Below, one piece after another: positions 7,584-16,025 of a stretch of 19,455 nt of DNA; position 1 is the first letter of the stretch, and each line of letters begins with the position of its first letter. The stretch comes from Promethearchaeota archaeon (GTDB lineage: Archaea; Asgardarchaeota; Lokiarchaeia; Sigyniarchaeales; SOKP01), in NCBI GenBank assembly GCA_011364975.1, contig RDOE01000058.1, positions 1-19,455 on the forward strand, in the 5' to 3' direction. The notes below the pieces were generated by a model. It was not told the origin of the DNA. It worked only from the letters and a program-made list of their open reading frames with translations, and did not search any database. The position numbers and the translations under genes were made by a program.

Positions 7584-9380
7584 ATGGTAAAAGTCAATGG
7601 TGCCCAATTAATCGTTCGGGCTTTAGATAATCAAGGTGTTAAAGTAATTTTTACTTTATGTGGTGATAATGATTTAATATATAACTATTGCAAGGATAAT
7701 TCATGCACAGAATTCGGTATAGATATAATTGATTTTCGACATGAACAAGCAACTGGACATGCAGCAATGGGATATTTTATTGCAACAGGAGAGGTGGGAG
7801 TTTGTTCCGTTCAATCTGGTCCAGGAATTACGGATTTATTTCCTGCGATTCCTATTGCGTGGGATGCAAGTATTCCAATTGTAGCAATTTGTACATCTAC
7901 GCCATTAATGGAATTTGAAAAACTAGCCATGAATGAAATTGATATAGCTCCTTCCTTTAAACCTGTGACCAAATGGAGTGGCTATTGCTATGAAACAGCA
8001 AGATTACCTGAATATATTAATATGGCATTCAGGATTGCTTCCACAGGACGTCCAGGACCTGTACTTCTATTAGTTCCTTTTGATGTTCTGGTTAGTGAAT
8101 GTGATGATGAGTTAGAGATAGTTCAAAGAGCATTTAAACCAGTTCAAACACTTCGCGCCTTTTATGGTCCATCTGGAAATGAAGAAATGGTTAGAAAAGC
8201 AGTTAAAATGTTATTGAATGCAAAACATCCTTTAATAATATCTGGAACAGGAGTTGGTTTTTCAGACGGCTCTTTAGAGCTTAGAAAGTTCGCAGAATTA
8301 ACACAAATACCGGTTGGAACATGGGGGTTTGGATTAGGTACTTTTCCTCCAGATCACCCTCTATATTTTGGACCAGCAAATCCATTAGATGGTCCTGGAA
8401 CAGCTTTACTTCAGAAAGTTGATACTGCATTGATTTTAGGTTCGAGATTAACAGCTATGTATAATTTTGGTTATATGCCTTGTTTTTCAGATGAAGCAAA
8501 GCTTATTCAAGTAGACATTAATGCAGAGGAAATTGGAAGGAATAGAGCTATCGATGTCCCAATAGTTGGAGATTGCCGATCTGTACTTTCTCAAATGGTG
8601 CAGATTGCAAACAATGAATTAAATCACAGTCCTCGATCTGAAATTCCATGGGTTAAAACCGTTCAAGAAGAATTAAATAGATTTTATATACGAATTGAAA
8701 AAGATGGATCTTCAGATAAGATACCAATCCAACCTCAACGCTTAGTAAAAGAAATTAACGATTTTATGCCGAAAGACAGTATAATAATCTTAGATGGAGG
8801 AGATACTACTGTTTGGGGGCTTACATTTATAAAAGCACATGAGCCTAGATCTATTTTTTTTAGTGGAGGCCTTGGAATTCAACATCTAGGTGGGGGAGTT
8901 CCCATGGGCATTGCCTTTAAATATGCATATCCAGAAAAGAAAATCATCGTTTTAACCGGAGATGGTTCATTTTTATTTAATGGAAAAGAACTTGATACGG
9001 CGCGTAGATATAACCTTCCTTTTGTTGTTGTAATTTCAAATGATAGGCTTTGGGGTATGGTAGCACGTAGTCAAAAGATTGCTTTTGGTAAAAAAATGGC
9101 AGGATTAGGTTCTACATTAAGTGATGATACGAGATATGATAAATATGCTCACGCCTTTAATTGTCATGGAGAATTAGTGACAGACCCTGAGGAAATAAAA
9201 CCAGCTTTACAACGTGCTTTTGATTCAAATCTGCCTGCTGTTATTGATATAAGAGTTAATCCTAAGGTTAACACTGTTATGGATTATCTTGCTCGTGAAT
9301 CTTATAATCCTGATAGTTGGAAACGTACAGTTAAAAAGAAAACTGAAATCATTATTGAGGTACCAGCGTTTCAAAAGTGA
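7584..9380 (+). CDS. Thiamine-diphosphate-dependent enzyme, acetolactate-synthase-like; most like the 2-hydroxyacyl-CoA lyase / benzaldehyde lyase / ILVBL group
   Basis: RHEQ (catalytic Glu), GPG, GRPGPV, IQVDI.AEEIGRN, GDGSFLFNGKELDTARRYNLPFVVVISND..WGM, TRYD. AGGAGG RBS at 7570-7575. No ilvH/ilvC neighbours. Confidence 0.85.
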   Translation: MVKVNGAQLIVRALDNQGVKVIFTLCGDNDLIYNYCKDNSCTEFGIDIIDFRHEQATGHAAMGYFIATGEVGVCSVQSGPGITDLFPAIPIAWDASIPIVAICTSTPLMEFEKLAMNEIDIAPSFKPVTKWSGYCYETARLPEYINMAFRIASTGRPGPVLLLVPFDVLVSECDDELEIVQRAFKPVQTLRAFYGPSGNEEMVRKAVKMLLNAKHPLIISGTGVGFSDGSLELRKFAELTQIPVGTWGFGLGTFPPDHPLYFGPANPLDGPGTALLQKVDTALILGSRLTAMYNFGYMPCFSDEAKLIQVDINAEEIGRNRAIDVPIVGDCRSVLSQMVQIANNELNHSPRSEIPWVKTVQEELNRFYIRIEKDGSSDKIPIQPQRLVKEINDFMPKDSIIILDGGDTTVWGLTFIKAHEPRSIFFSGGLGIQHLGGGVPMGIAFKYAYPEKKIIVLTGDGSFLFNGKELDTARRYNLPFVVVISNDRLWGMVARSQKIAFGKKMAGLGSTLSDDTRYDKYAHAFNCHGELVTDPEEIKPALQRAFDSNLPAVIDIRVNPKVNTVMDYLARESYNPDSWKRTVKKKTEIIIEVPAFQK

Positions 9381-9502
9381 AGATGATATATCAGAATAAT
9401 GAGTACATGAATGTTAATATTCAGGTATTTGGAATGATCAGATTACTTCCTAAATTGGTTCATGGAATTTCTGATGGCGATTTAAAATAAGCAAGAAAAA
9501 AA

Positions 9503-10147
9503 TTAGTGAAAAGTTAGGTTACTAATCTTTTCGCCAAAAATGTATCTTAATAGATGGGTATGAGACCCTAATTTCCCATGATTTTCTTTTTCTTTTAAAG
9601 TTCCAGTTCTAATAATTCTAAATTCATTAAAGTGTTCTTTCAAATCATTATCCGTAAAATAATGAATAGGTCTTCCAGGTTTGCTTTCATATGTATTCGG
9701 TTCAATCTCTCTTCCTTTTTTAAAAGTATTTTCTCTTTCCGAGAATACTGTAAAAAATAAGTAACCCGGAATTCGAAGAATATTGTTACATTTTTTTATA
9801 AATTGTATACGGTTTGCTTTATCAAATAAATGCAGGAGATTAAAACAATAAATGGCATCATACATCTCATCTAAAAAAGGGAAATCTAAAATAGAACCAT
9901 TGATAAATTTAGTTTTTGAGTCAAAATTTAATGCAATATCATATGCAACTTTGGAAATCTCAATTCCAACAACTTTAAAGCCATTATTTGAAAAAAGTTT
10001 AGTATTTCGACCATAGCCTGCTCCAGGTACTAATATTGAACTTACATTATACTTCTTAAATATATTGAGAGCAAAATTAGCAGATTTACTTGGAAAATCC
10101 CCCCAAATCTTTCCTTCTGATAAAAATCTTTTATCCCAATATTCCAT
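9503..10147 (-). CDS. Class I SAM-dependent methyltransferase
   Basis: EYWDKRF....IWG..PS, ILVPGAGYGRN (motif I), VVGIEIS, YDAIYCFNLLHLF, L..PGYLFF. Confidence 0.88.
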   Translation of the reverse strand: MEYWDKRFLSEGKIWGDFPSKSANFALNIFKKYNVSSILVPGAGYGRNTKLFSNNGFKVVGIEISKVAYDIALNFDSKTKFINGSILDFPFLDEMYDAIYCFNLLHLFDKANRIQFIKKCNNILRIPGYLFFTVFSERENTFKKGREIEPNTYESKPGRPIHYFTDNDLKEHFNEFRIIRTGTLKEKENHGKLGSHTHLLRYIFGEKISNLTFH

Positions 10148-10266
10148 CTTAAAACAATCTATCTGAAATACATGTTTTAAATTTTGTTAGAGATTATAAT
10201 AAGTAATTTAATAAATTTTTTTTTAAATAAGACCAATAAAAATATTAGACTTACTTTTCGATTATT

Positions 10267-11373
10267 ATGATCAACATCGGATTAATTGTTAATCCTATAG
10301 CGGGAATGGGAGGTAGTGTTGGACTTAAGGGTACTGATGGAGATCTTTATAAAAAAGCAATAGAATTAGGAGCTGATTATGTAGCTCCAAAAAGAGTGCA
10401 AGTATTTTTAGAAAGCATTCAGAACAAGAAAAGGATTAAGTTTTATGTGGCACCCGGCAGAATGGGAGCATATTATCTTGATAGTAGACTATTTAATTCT
10501 AAAATTATAGGAAAGATCACAGATTTAACCTCTGCCGAGGATACAAAACAGATTGCTAAATTAATGATTGAAGAAACAATTGATTTACTTCTCTTTTTTG
10601 GAGGAGATGGCACAGCAAGAGACGTATATGATGCTGTTGGATTAGAAACACCAGTAATAGGAGTCCCTACAGGAGTAAAAATGTTTAGCTCAGTATTCAC
10701 AATTAATCCTAGAGCTGCTGCAGAGTTGATTGATCTTTTTATAGTTGATCAAATTGAATTTGAAGAACGAGAAGTTTTAGATATAGATGAAGACGCTTAT
10801 AGGAAGGGAGAATTAAAATCAGAGTTATATGGATATTTAAAAGTACCCAAAGTGAGAAATCTAATTCAATCTGCTAAAGATGTCTCCCAGGTTGGAAATA
10901 GTTTTGAACTTAATAAAAAAGAAATAGCTCAATTTTTCATCGAATCTATAAAAAGTGACATTGTTTATTTCTTAGGACCAGGAACAACAGTAAAAGCAAT
11001 AACTGACGAATTACATCTACCAAAAACCCTGCTTGGGATTGATGCTTTCTATAATAATCAAATTATAGCCCAAGATTTAAACGAAAAAGATATTATTAAT
11101 GTGATTAATAATTATAATGATTATAAGATTGTAGTTTCTCCTATAGGAGGTCAAGGTTTTATTTTTGGCAGAGGAAACAAACAATTTACACCCTATGTTT
11201 TAAAGAGAATAGGCATTAAAAATATAATTATAATATCAACGGCAGAAAAAGCAAGGGAACTAAAAGGATTAAGCGTGGATACAGGTGAAAAAGAAATCGA
11301 TGAATTATTTAGTGGTTTAGTTAAAGTGATAATAGGTTATAAAGAAGAGAGAATCATGCGGATAATAATCTAA
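10267..11373 (+). CDS. ATP-NAD kinase family protein, AcoX/COG3199-like
   Basis: IGLIVNPIAGMGG.VGLKGTDG, GGDGTARD, GVPTGVKMFSSVF, GPGTT, TLLGIDA, SPIGGQGFIFGRGNKQ, VDTG. Confidence 0.88.
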   Translation: MINIGLIVNPIAGMGGSVGLKGTDGDLYKKAIELGADYVAPKRVQVFLESIQNKKRIKFYVAPGRMGAYYLDSRLFNSKIIGKITDLTSAEDTKQIAKLMIEETIDLLLFFGGDGTARDVYDAVGLETPVIGVPTGVKMFSSVFTINPRAAAELIDLFIVDQIEFEEREVLDIDEDAYRKGELKSELYGYLKVPKVRNLIQSAKDVSQVGNSFELNKKEIAQFFIESIKSDIVYFLGPGTTVKAITDELHLPKTLLGIDAFYNNQIIAQDLNEKDIINVINNYNDYKIVVSPIGGQGFIFGRGNKQFTPYVLKRIGIKNIIIISTAEKARELKGLSVDTGEKEIDELFSGLVKVIIGYKEERIMRIII

Positions 11374-11390
11374 ATATGGTTATGATTGTA

Positions 11391-11423
11391 AAAACTTTAT
11401 ATGATGATTAGACTAATAAAGTT
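11391..11423 (+). promoter_or_regulatory. Candidate BRE/TATA promoter overlapped by an 8-15-8 inverted repeat
   Basis: AAAAC-TTTATATG at 11391-11403. AACTTTAT (11393-11400) is complementary to ATAAAGTT (11416-11423). Confidence 0.35.
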
Positions 11424-11477
11424 AAAACCAAACTATTAAATAGCTTATTCGATTTTATAAAATCGGGTGATTAAAAA

Positions 11478-11669
11478 ATGAGTTCAAATTTTTTAACCGG
11501 AATAAAAAAATGGTTTAAGTCTAAATACAATCCATCAAAGAATGAAATTTCTAAATCTACGAATCAATTGAAACAAAAGGTAAAGAATTTCGATCCAAAT
11601 GAATTAGTTAAAGAAAAAAATTCAGAATTTTCCGTACCTGGGGCATACTATCGGTATAGACGAGTATAA
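11478..11669 (+). CDS. Small basic hypothetical protein (63 aa)
   Basis: GGTGA RBS at 11466-11470 with good spacing to the ATG. It fills an intergenic gap with no overlap and ends in PGAYYRYRRV. Confidence 0.65.
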   Translation: MSSNFLTGIKKWFKSKYNPSKNEISKSTNQLKQKVKNFDPNELVKEKNSEFSVPGAYYRYRRV

Positions 11670-11707
11670 GATTATGTTTGAATGAATAAAATAAAATTAA
11701 AAAATAA

Positions 11708-13591
11708 TTATTTAAAAGTAATACCTAATTCTTCTAATTTTTCATTGGTTGGTTTCCCAGTTTCCCAATCCCAACCTCTTGCTTTATAATATTTTTTCAA
11801 ATTCTCTTCTAATTCGATTTTAACATTAGTTGTCTTTCCAGATTTTAATATCTGTAAATTATGAAGGGGTAATTTATCATCCACTCTAGATATTCCTAAT
11901 TTACAATTTATTACTCGCTTTAGGTTATTTATACGTTCCCCTACCATCAGAAGTGATTTTCGATCATAATTAAAACCTGTGGCAGCATTAATATGTCCTA
12001 TGAAATGCTCTAAACTAGGATTTTTAAAATTACAGTTTACAGCGGAATCATCAATAGCTCTTATATCTTGTAATGACATTACTCCTTTTTCTCTTCCTTT
12101 GATTGATGATCTTTCTCCTTGCTTAATTTTTAATCTTGGATATTGAACCGTACCCAATTCTGTACTGAACCAATCACATTTTTCATGGCTTGCGCCTATG
12201 CAGCAAGTTAAATAACTTAATGCTTGTCCTGCAAAAGCTCGAGGATCATGCATAGGAATTTCAAGCCCTTTCACATGTGCTGCTAGTTCTGGATTCACTT
12301 CAAATTTGTATGCCATTTCTCGAACTCCTTCTGCTAGAATGTTCCCAATACCATCTCGTTTGGCGATTTTATTTATCAATTCTAAAAGCAAATCACCTTT
12401 TCCCCAGCCAATTTCTTCCAACTTAACTTCTTTTAAATAGGTTTTTACTTTCTCAACACCTATTTTATTTTCTACGAGGTATAGCAAGAAAGCTATACTT
12501 ACACCACATGAAATTGTATCCATTCCATAAATATTGCATAAATGATGCGCTAAAATGACATGTTTAGAGTCAAAAATTCCACATAGCGGACCAAATGCAG
12601 CAACAGACTCATATTCTGGTCCATCAACCTTAATTTCTTTGTTATCATCCATAATGATTGTTTGTTTGCCACACTTAATCGTACATCCGGCACATCCATA
12701 GTCAAATACGGGGTATTCTTCACGCAAAGTTTTTCCAGTTAACCTTTCTGCTAGAAATTCAGTTTCGGTAAAATAATAACCTGGAGTATCACCTAATGCC
12801 ATTCCTATATCAAGATAACTATTTGTTCCATAGAAAGTATATAAAAGAGTTCCTATACTCGCTACTAAATCACCAAATACTGCTTTTTCAGCTTCTTTGA
12901 TCATTTCTATTCCTACATTACTGTCTGCTATTTTGATACGCCCCGTTCCTGCTATTGCTAAAGCTTTAAGGTTTTTGGAAGCCATTAATGCTCCAAGTCC
13001 GCATCTACCAATGGCTCTTCCCTCATCATTGATTATGCTTGCATATTTCACCAAATTTTCTGCTGCTAATCCAATAGTTGCTACTCTGACCTTTTCATCT
13101 TTTAACTCTTGTTTTATAAGCTCCTGAGTCTCATAAGTGTCTTTTCCCCAGTATGTACTTGCGTTTCTAAATTCGATTTCTTTATCATGAATATACAAAT
13201 AGATTGGTGTGTTAGATTTACCTGTTATTACAATAGCATCAAATCCACTATTTCTAAGAGATATACAGAAAAAACCTCCAGAAGAACCTTCACCCCATAT
13301 ACGGCTAAGTGGAGAAATACCAGTCACTGTATATCTACCGGAAGATGGTCTTATTGTACCTGTTACGGGTCCTGTTGCAAAGATTAAAGGATTGATTTGA
13401 TGAAATGGATCTTTTTTTAAGGTGTCATAATCTTCTTCTGATAACATATCAAATGTTATTTTAGCACTTAATCCCGTCCCACCCAAATAATTCTTGGCAA
13501 CTTGCTCGTCTAAATCCTTAATTTCCCATTTTTTGTTGCTTAAGTCAACATATAATATTTTTCCATTATAACCAATTAAATTTTCAGTCAA
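11708..13591 (-). CDS. aor: Tungsten-containing aldehyde:ferredoxin oxidoreductase family protein
   Basis: GYNGKILYVDLS, YLGGTGL, SPLS..WGEGSSGG, GRCGLGALMASKNLKA, CAGCTIKC (4Fe-4S), GPEYE, GMDTIS, VKGLEIPMHDPR, YYKARGWD..TGKP..EKLEELG. TTG start. Confidence 0.95.
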   Translation of the reverse strand: MTENLIGYNGKILYVDLSNKKWEIKDLDEQVAKNYLGGTGLSAKITFDMLSEEDYDTLKKDPFHQINPLIFATGPVTGTIRPSSGRYTVTGISPLSRIWGEGSSGGFFCISLRNSGFDAIVITGKSNTPIYLYIHDKEIEFRNASTYWGKDTYETQELIKQELKDEKVRVATIGLAAENLVKYASIINDEGRAIGRCGLGALMASKNLKALAIAGTGRIKIADSNVGIEMIKEAEKAVFGDLVASIGTLLYTFYGTNSYLDIGMALGDTPGYYFTETEFLAERLTGKTLREEYPVFDYGCAGCTIKCGKQTIIMDDNKEIKVDGPEYESVAAFGPLCGIFDSKHVILAHHLCNIYGMDTISCGVSIAFLLYLVENKIGVEKVKTYLKEVKLEEIGWGKGDLLLELINKIAKRDGIGNILAEGVREMAYKFEVNPELAAHVKGLEIPMHDPRAFAGQALSYLTCCIGASHEKCDWFSTELGTVQYPRLKIKQGERSSIKGREKGVMSLQDIRAIDDSAVNCNFKNPSLEHFIGHINAATGFNYDRKSLLMVGERINNLKRVINCKLGISRVDDKLPLHNLQILKSGKTTNVKIELEENLKKYYKARGWDWETGKPTNEKLEELGITFK

Positions 13592-13613
13592 TTTTTTATC
13601 TCACACCCCGTTG

Positions 13614-14894
13614 TTAAAAATCTATATCTTTTCCATCCCAGGCATATTCGAAAATTTTCTTACAAAGCTCAAAATTTAATGCTCTATAAGAAAATAAACT
13701 GGGTCCATCATTATCAGCATAGTTTGCTAACACTTCAATATTTTTCATATATTTCTCTTTGGAGATCACAGGTTCGTTCAAATTCTTAATAGCTGTGGGA
13801 GTATCTATAGATTGCATGAAATTCTTCAAAGCTTTCAATAATTCGTTTTTAAGTATCTCCTTGTTTTTTCCATCAGTATTGATCTTAAAAAGGGGGCACA
13901 GATCCATCCATCGATCTGTTACTTTTGCTTGAAATCCGACTACATACGGTAAAAAGATGCCCACAGCGAGTCCATGATGAACACCAAAGATTTTTCCGAA
14001 ACTATGACCTAATGAATGATCTATTCCTGGAATAGTATTAGCAAACCCTAATCCTGCCATTGCTGCTGCTACTTGCATATGACTTCTCGCTTCTAAATCT
14101 TTCTTTCCATATTTATAAGCTCTTGGAAGATATTTCAGAATTTCCTTTATTGCTGAAATATTTATTGCATCAACAATAGGATTTCCCCAATTTGATACAT
14201 AACTTCCAATAGCATGTGAAAAGGCATCAAGTCCTGAGCCTCTTGTTAATGATGGGGGCATATCTTCTACAAAATCCGTGTCTAAGATAGCCATATCTGG
14301 CACAATTTCTCCATTTGTTATTTCTAATTTTTTAGGAGGATCTCTTGTAGTATCTGTTAATACGGCAGCATTTGTAACTTCAGAACCCGTTCCAGATGTA
14401 GTTGGAATCGCAACCAAAAAGCGTACTTTTCTTCTTAACCCTAAAGGATCACCGATTGGTAATAGCGCATTAAAATTGGTATCGGGATTTTCATATTTAA
14501 TCATAGTAGCCTTAGCTGCATCCATTACACTCCCACCACCTATGGCAATTAAAACTTTTGGTTTGAATTCCTCACAAATTTTAACGCTATCTTCAATATT
14601 CTTTATAGGTACCTCTGGTTCAATATCTGAAAAAATTTCATATTTGATTTTACAAAAGTCACAATATTGAATTACATTTTTCGCAAATTTCTTTGTAAAA
14701 GCATCTGTAAATATTAGAGCTCGTCTTTCTTCTTCAGGAATGATCGCTTCAATTAGCTTTGCCATTGTTAAAAGTCCTGATTTTCCAATATATATATTTG
14801 ATGAGGCGAAAGATGTAGCTAGTCCTCGAATTGCTTTTCCGCCTAGGATACTCATCATATCTTTTACCAACTGTTCCTCATACCAAACTGACAC
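13614..14894 (-). CDS. Iron-containing (group III) alcohol dehydrogenase
   Basis: IAIGGGSVMDAAKA, IPTTSGTGSEVT, metal ligands in DAFSH / DHSLGH / VHHG. Start placed at GTG 14894 because AGGTG lies upstream; the ORF track uses 14903. The gap to aor is 22 nt. Confidence 0.92.
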   Translation of the reverse strand: MSVWYEEQLVKDMMSILGGKAIRGLATSFASSNIYIGKSGLLTMAKLIEAIIPEEERRALIFTDAFTKKFAKNVIQYCDFCKIKYEIFSDIEPEVPIKNIEDSVKICEEFKPKVLIAIGGGSVMDAAKATMIKYENPDTNFNALLPIGDPLGLRRKVRFLVAIPTTSGTGSEVTNAAVLTDTTRDPPKKLEITNGEIVPDMAILDTDFVEDMPPSLTRGSGLDAFSHAIGSYVSNWGNPIVDAINISAIKEILKYLPRAYKYGKKDLEARSHMQVAAAMAGLGFANTIPGIDHSLGHSFGKIFGVHHGLAVGIFLPYVVGFQAKVTDRWMDLCPLFKINTDGKNKEILKNELLKALKNFMQSIDTPTAIKNLNEPVISKEKYMKNIEVLANYADNDGPSLFSYRALNFELCKKIFEYAWDGKDIDF

Positions 14895-14982
14895 ATTTTG
14901 CACCTTTAATTTTTAAGTTTTGATTATAAATCTTAATTTTTAATTTATTAAGTATAGATATAATTTATTGTTAATAACTTAA

Positions 14983-15939
14983 TTATACTGGGTCGAAATT
15001 ATTTAGCTTTTCAAGAAATGCCAGTTGCTGTAAATACATACGATCTCTTTTTTTCAATATTTCATCTTCACTTAAGTCTCCATAATCGTAAAAACCTTTA
15101 CCAGTTTTTGCACCGAGGTGATTTTTTTCAACTTTTTCTTTTATTAAGGGAAGAATACCCCCCATGGATTTCTGAATGTCATATATTAAATCTAAACCAG
15201 TAAAATCTTGAGATTGTACGATACCAACTATTGGAAGTCTAATTCCTAAAGTTGTTTTTATCGCAAAGTCTATTTCCTCGGCTGAAGCGATCTTTTTTAC
15301 AAGCAATTCGTACATAGCGCCACTTATGGCATTTTGAATTTTATTAACTATATATGAAGGGGAAAATTTTTTGATCAAAACCGGTTTTTTTCCAATTTTT
15401 TGAAGTAGTTCGATGGAGAAATTTATAACTTCTTTAGAAGTTTTTTTACTTGGAGCGACTTCTACCAACGGAATTATATGAGGAGGAGCAAACCAATGAT
15501 GTGTAATTAATCTTTTTGGATTTTTAATATCTTTTAATAATTTAAAAATATCTAGTGTTGATGTATTACTCGCTAGCACTGCGTCATGAGGACATATTTC
15601 CACAAGTTGATTAAAAATATGTTTTTTAATTTCAGGCATTTCACTGACAGCCTCTAAAACAAAAGTTTTTCCTTCTGCTGCTCTTTTGAAGTCTGTTGTG
15701 GTGTAAATTCTAGAAAGAATTGATGGAATATCATTGACATTAACTTTACCAAACTCTGCTAAAACTTTTAGATTTGATTCGATCAGTTTTAACGCATGAG
15801 ATAGTATTTCTAGATTGGTATCTACAAGAATTACTTTGAATCCTGACTGAGCATAGACTTGGGCAATTGAATGACCCATAGTCCCCGCACCAATTATTAA
15901 AATATTATTTAAATCTTCAACTGTAACCATTTTTTTCAT
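14983..15939 (-). CDS. 3-hydroxyacyl-CoA dehydrogenase family protein (lambda-crystallin/carnitine dehydrogenase-like features)
   Basis: IIGAGTMGHSIA, EAVSE...IK, LASNTSTL, HWFAPPHIIPLVEV, NKIQ, D..GLD, LGAKTGKGFYDY. The start may be ATG 15930. Confidence 0.9.
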   Translation of the reverse strand: MKKMVTVEDLNNILIIGAGTMGHSIAQVYAQSGFKVILVDTNLEILSHALKLIESNLKVLAEFGKVNVNDIPSILSRIYTTTDFKRAAEGKTFVLEAVSEMPEIKKHIFNQLVEICPHDAVLASNTSTLDIFKLLKDIKNPKRLITHHWFAPPHIIPLVEVAPSKKTSKEVINFSIELLQKIGKKPVLIKKFSPSYIVNKIQNAISGAMYELLVKKIASAEEIDFAIKTTLGIRLPIVGIVQSQDFTGLDLIYDIQKSMGGILPLIKEKVEKNHLGAKTGKGFYDYGDLSEDEILKKRDRMYLQQLAFLEKLNNFDPV

Positions 15940-15997
15940 CCCATTTGTAGTATAAGGATAAGAATTAAATTATTATAGGTTGTTGTTCAAAATAAAA

Positions 15998-16015
15998 TTA
16001 TCATAATAATGATAA
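15998..16015. promoter_or_regulatory. Palindrome TTATCAT-N4-ATGATAA in the divergent promoter region
   Basis: Perfect 7-bp inverted repeat in the short gap between the two divergent dehydrogenase genes. Confidence 0.35.
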
Positions 16016-16025
16016 GTTGAAAAAA

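Noticed and set aside
7584-9380. Calling the ThDP enzyme ilvB (biosynthetic acetolactate synthase)
   Set aside because: No regulatory subunit or ilvC/ilvD nearby, and the C-terminal motifs (ELDTA.R, ND..WG) fit the lyase/ILVBL group better than the QELAT/LGMV.QWQ pattern of AHAS.
9378-9475. Eukaryote-like SECIS element (ATGA...AAA loop...TGAT hairpin) after the TGA-AGA-TGA stop
   Set aside because: The Watson-Crick stem register does not place the two GA dinucleotides opposite each other as a SECIS core requires, and readthrough would add only a non-motif tail to an already complete enzyme.
10473-15203. Short opposite-strand ORFs 10473..10700, 12897..13127, 13109..13387, 13209..13400, 14278..14670 and 15018..15203
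   Set aside because: All lie antisense within confidently identified genes and show no independent coding signal.
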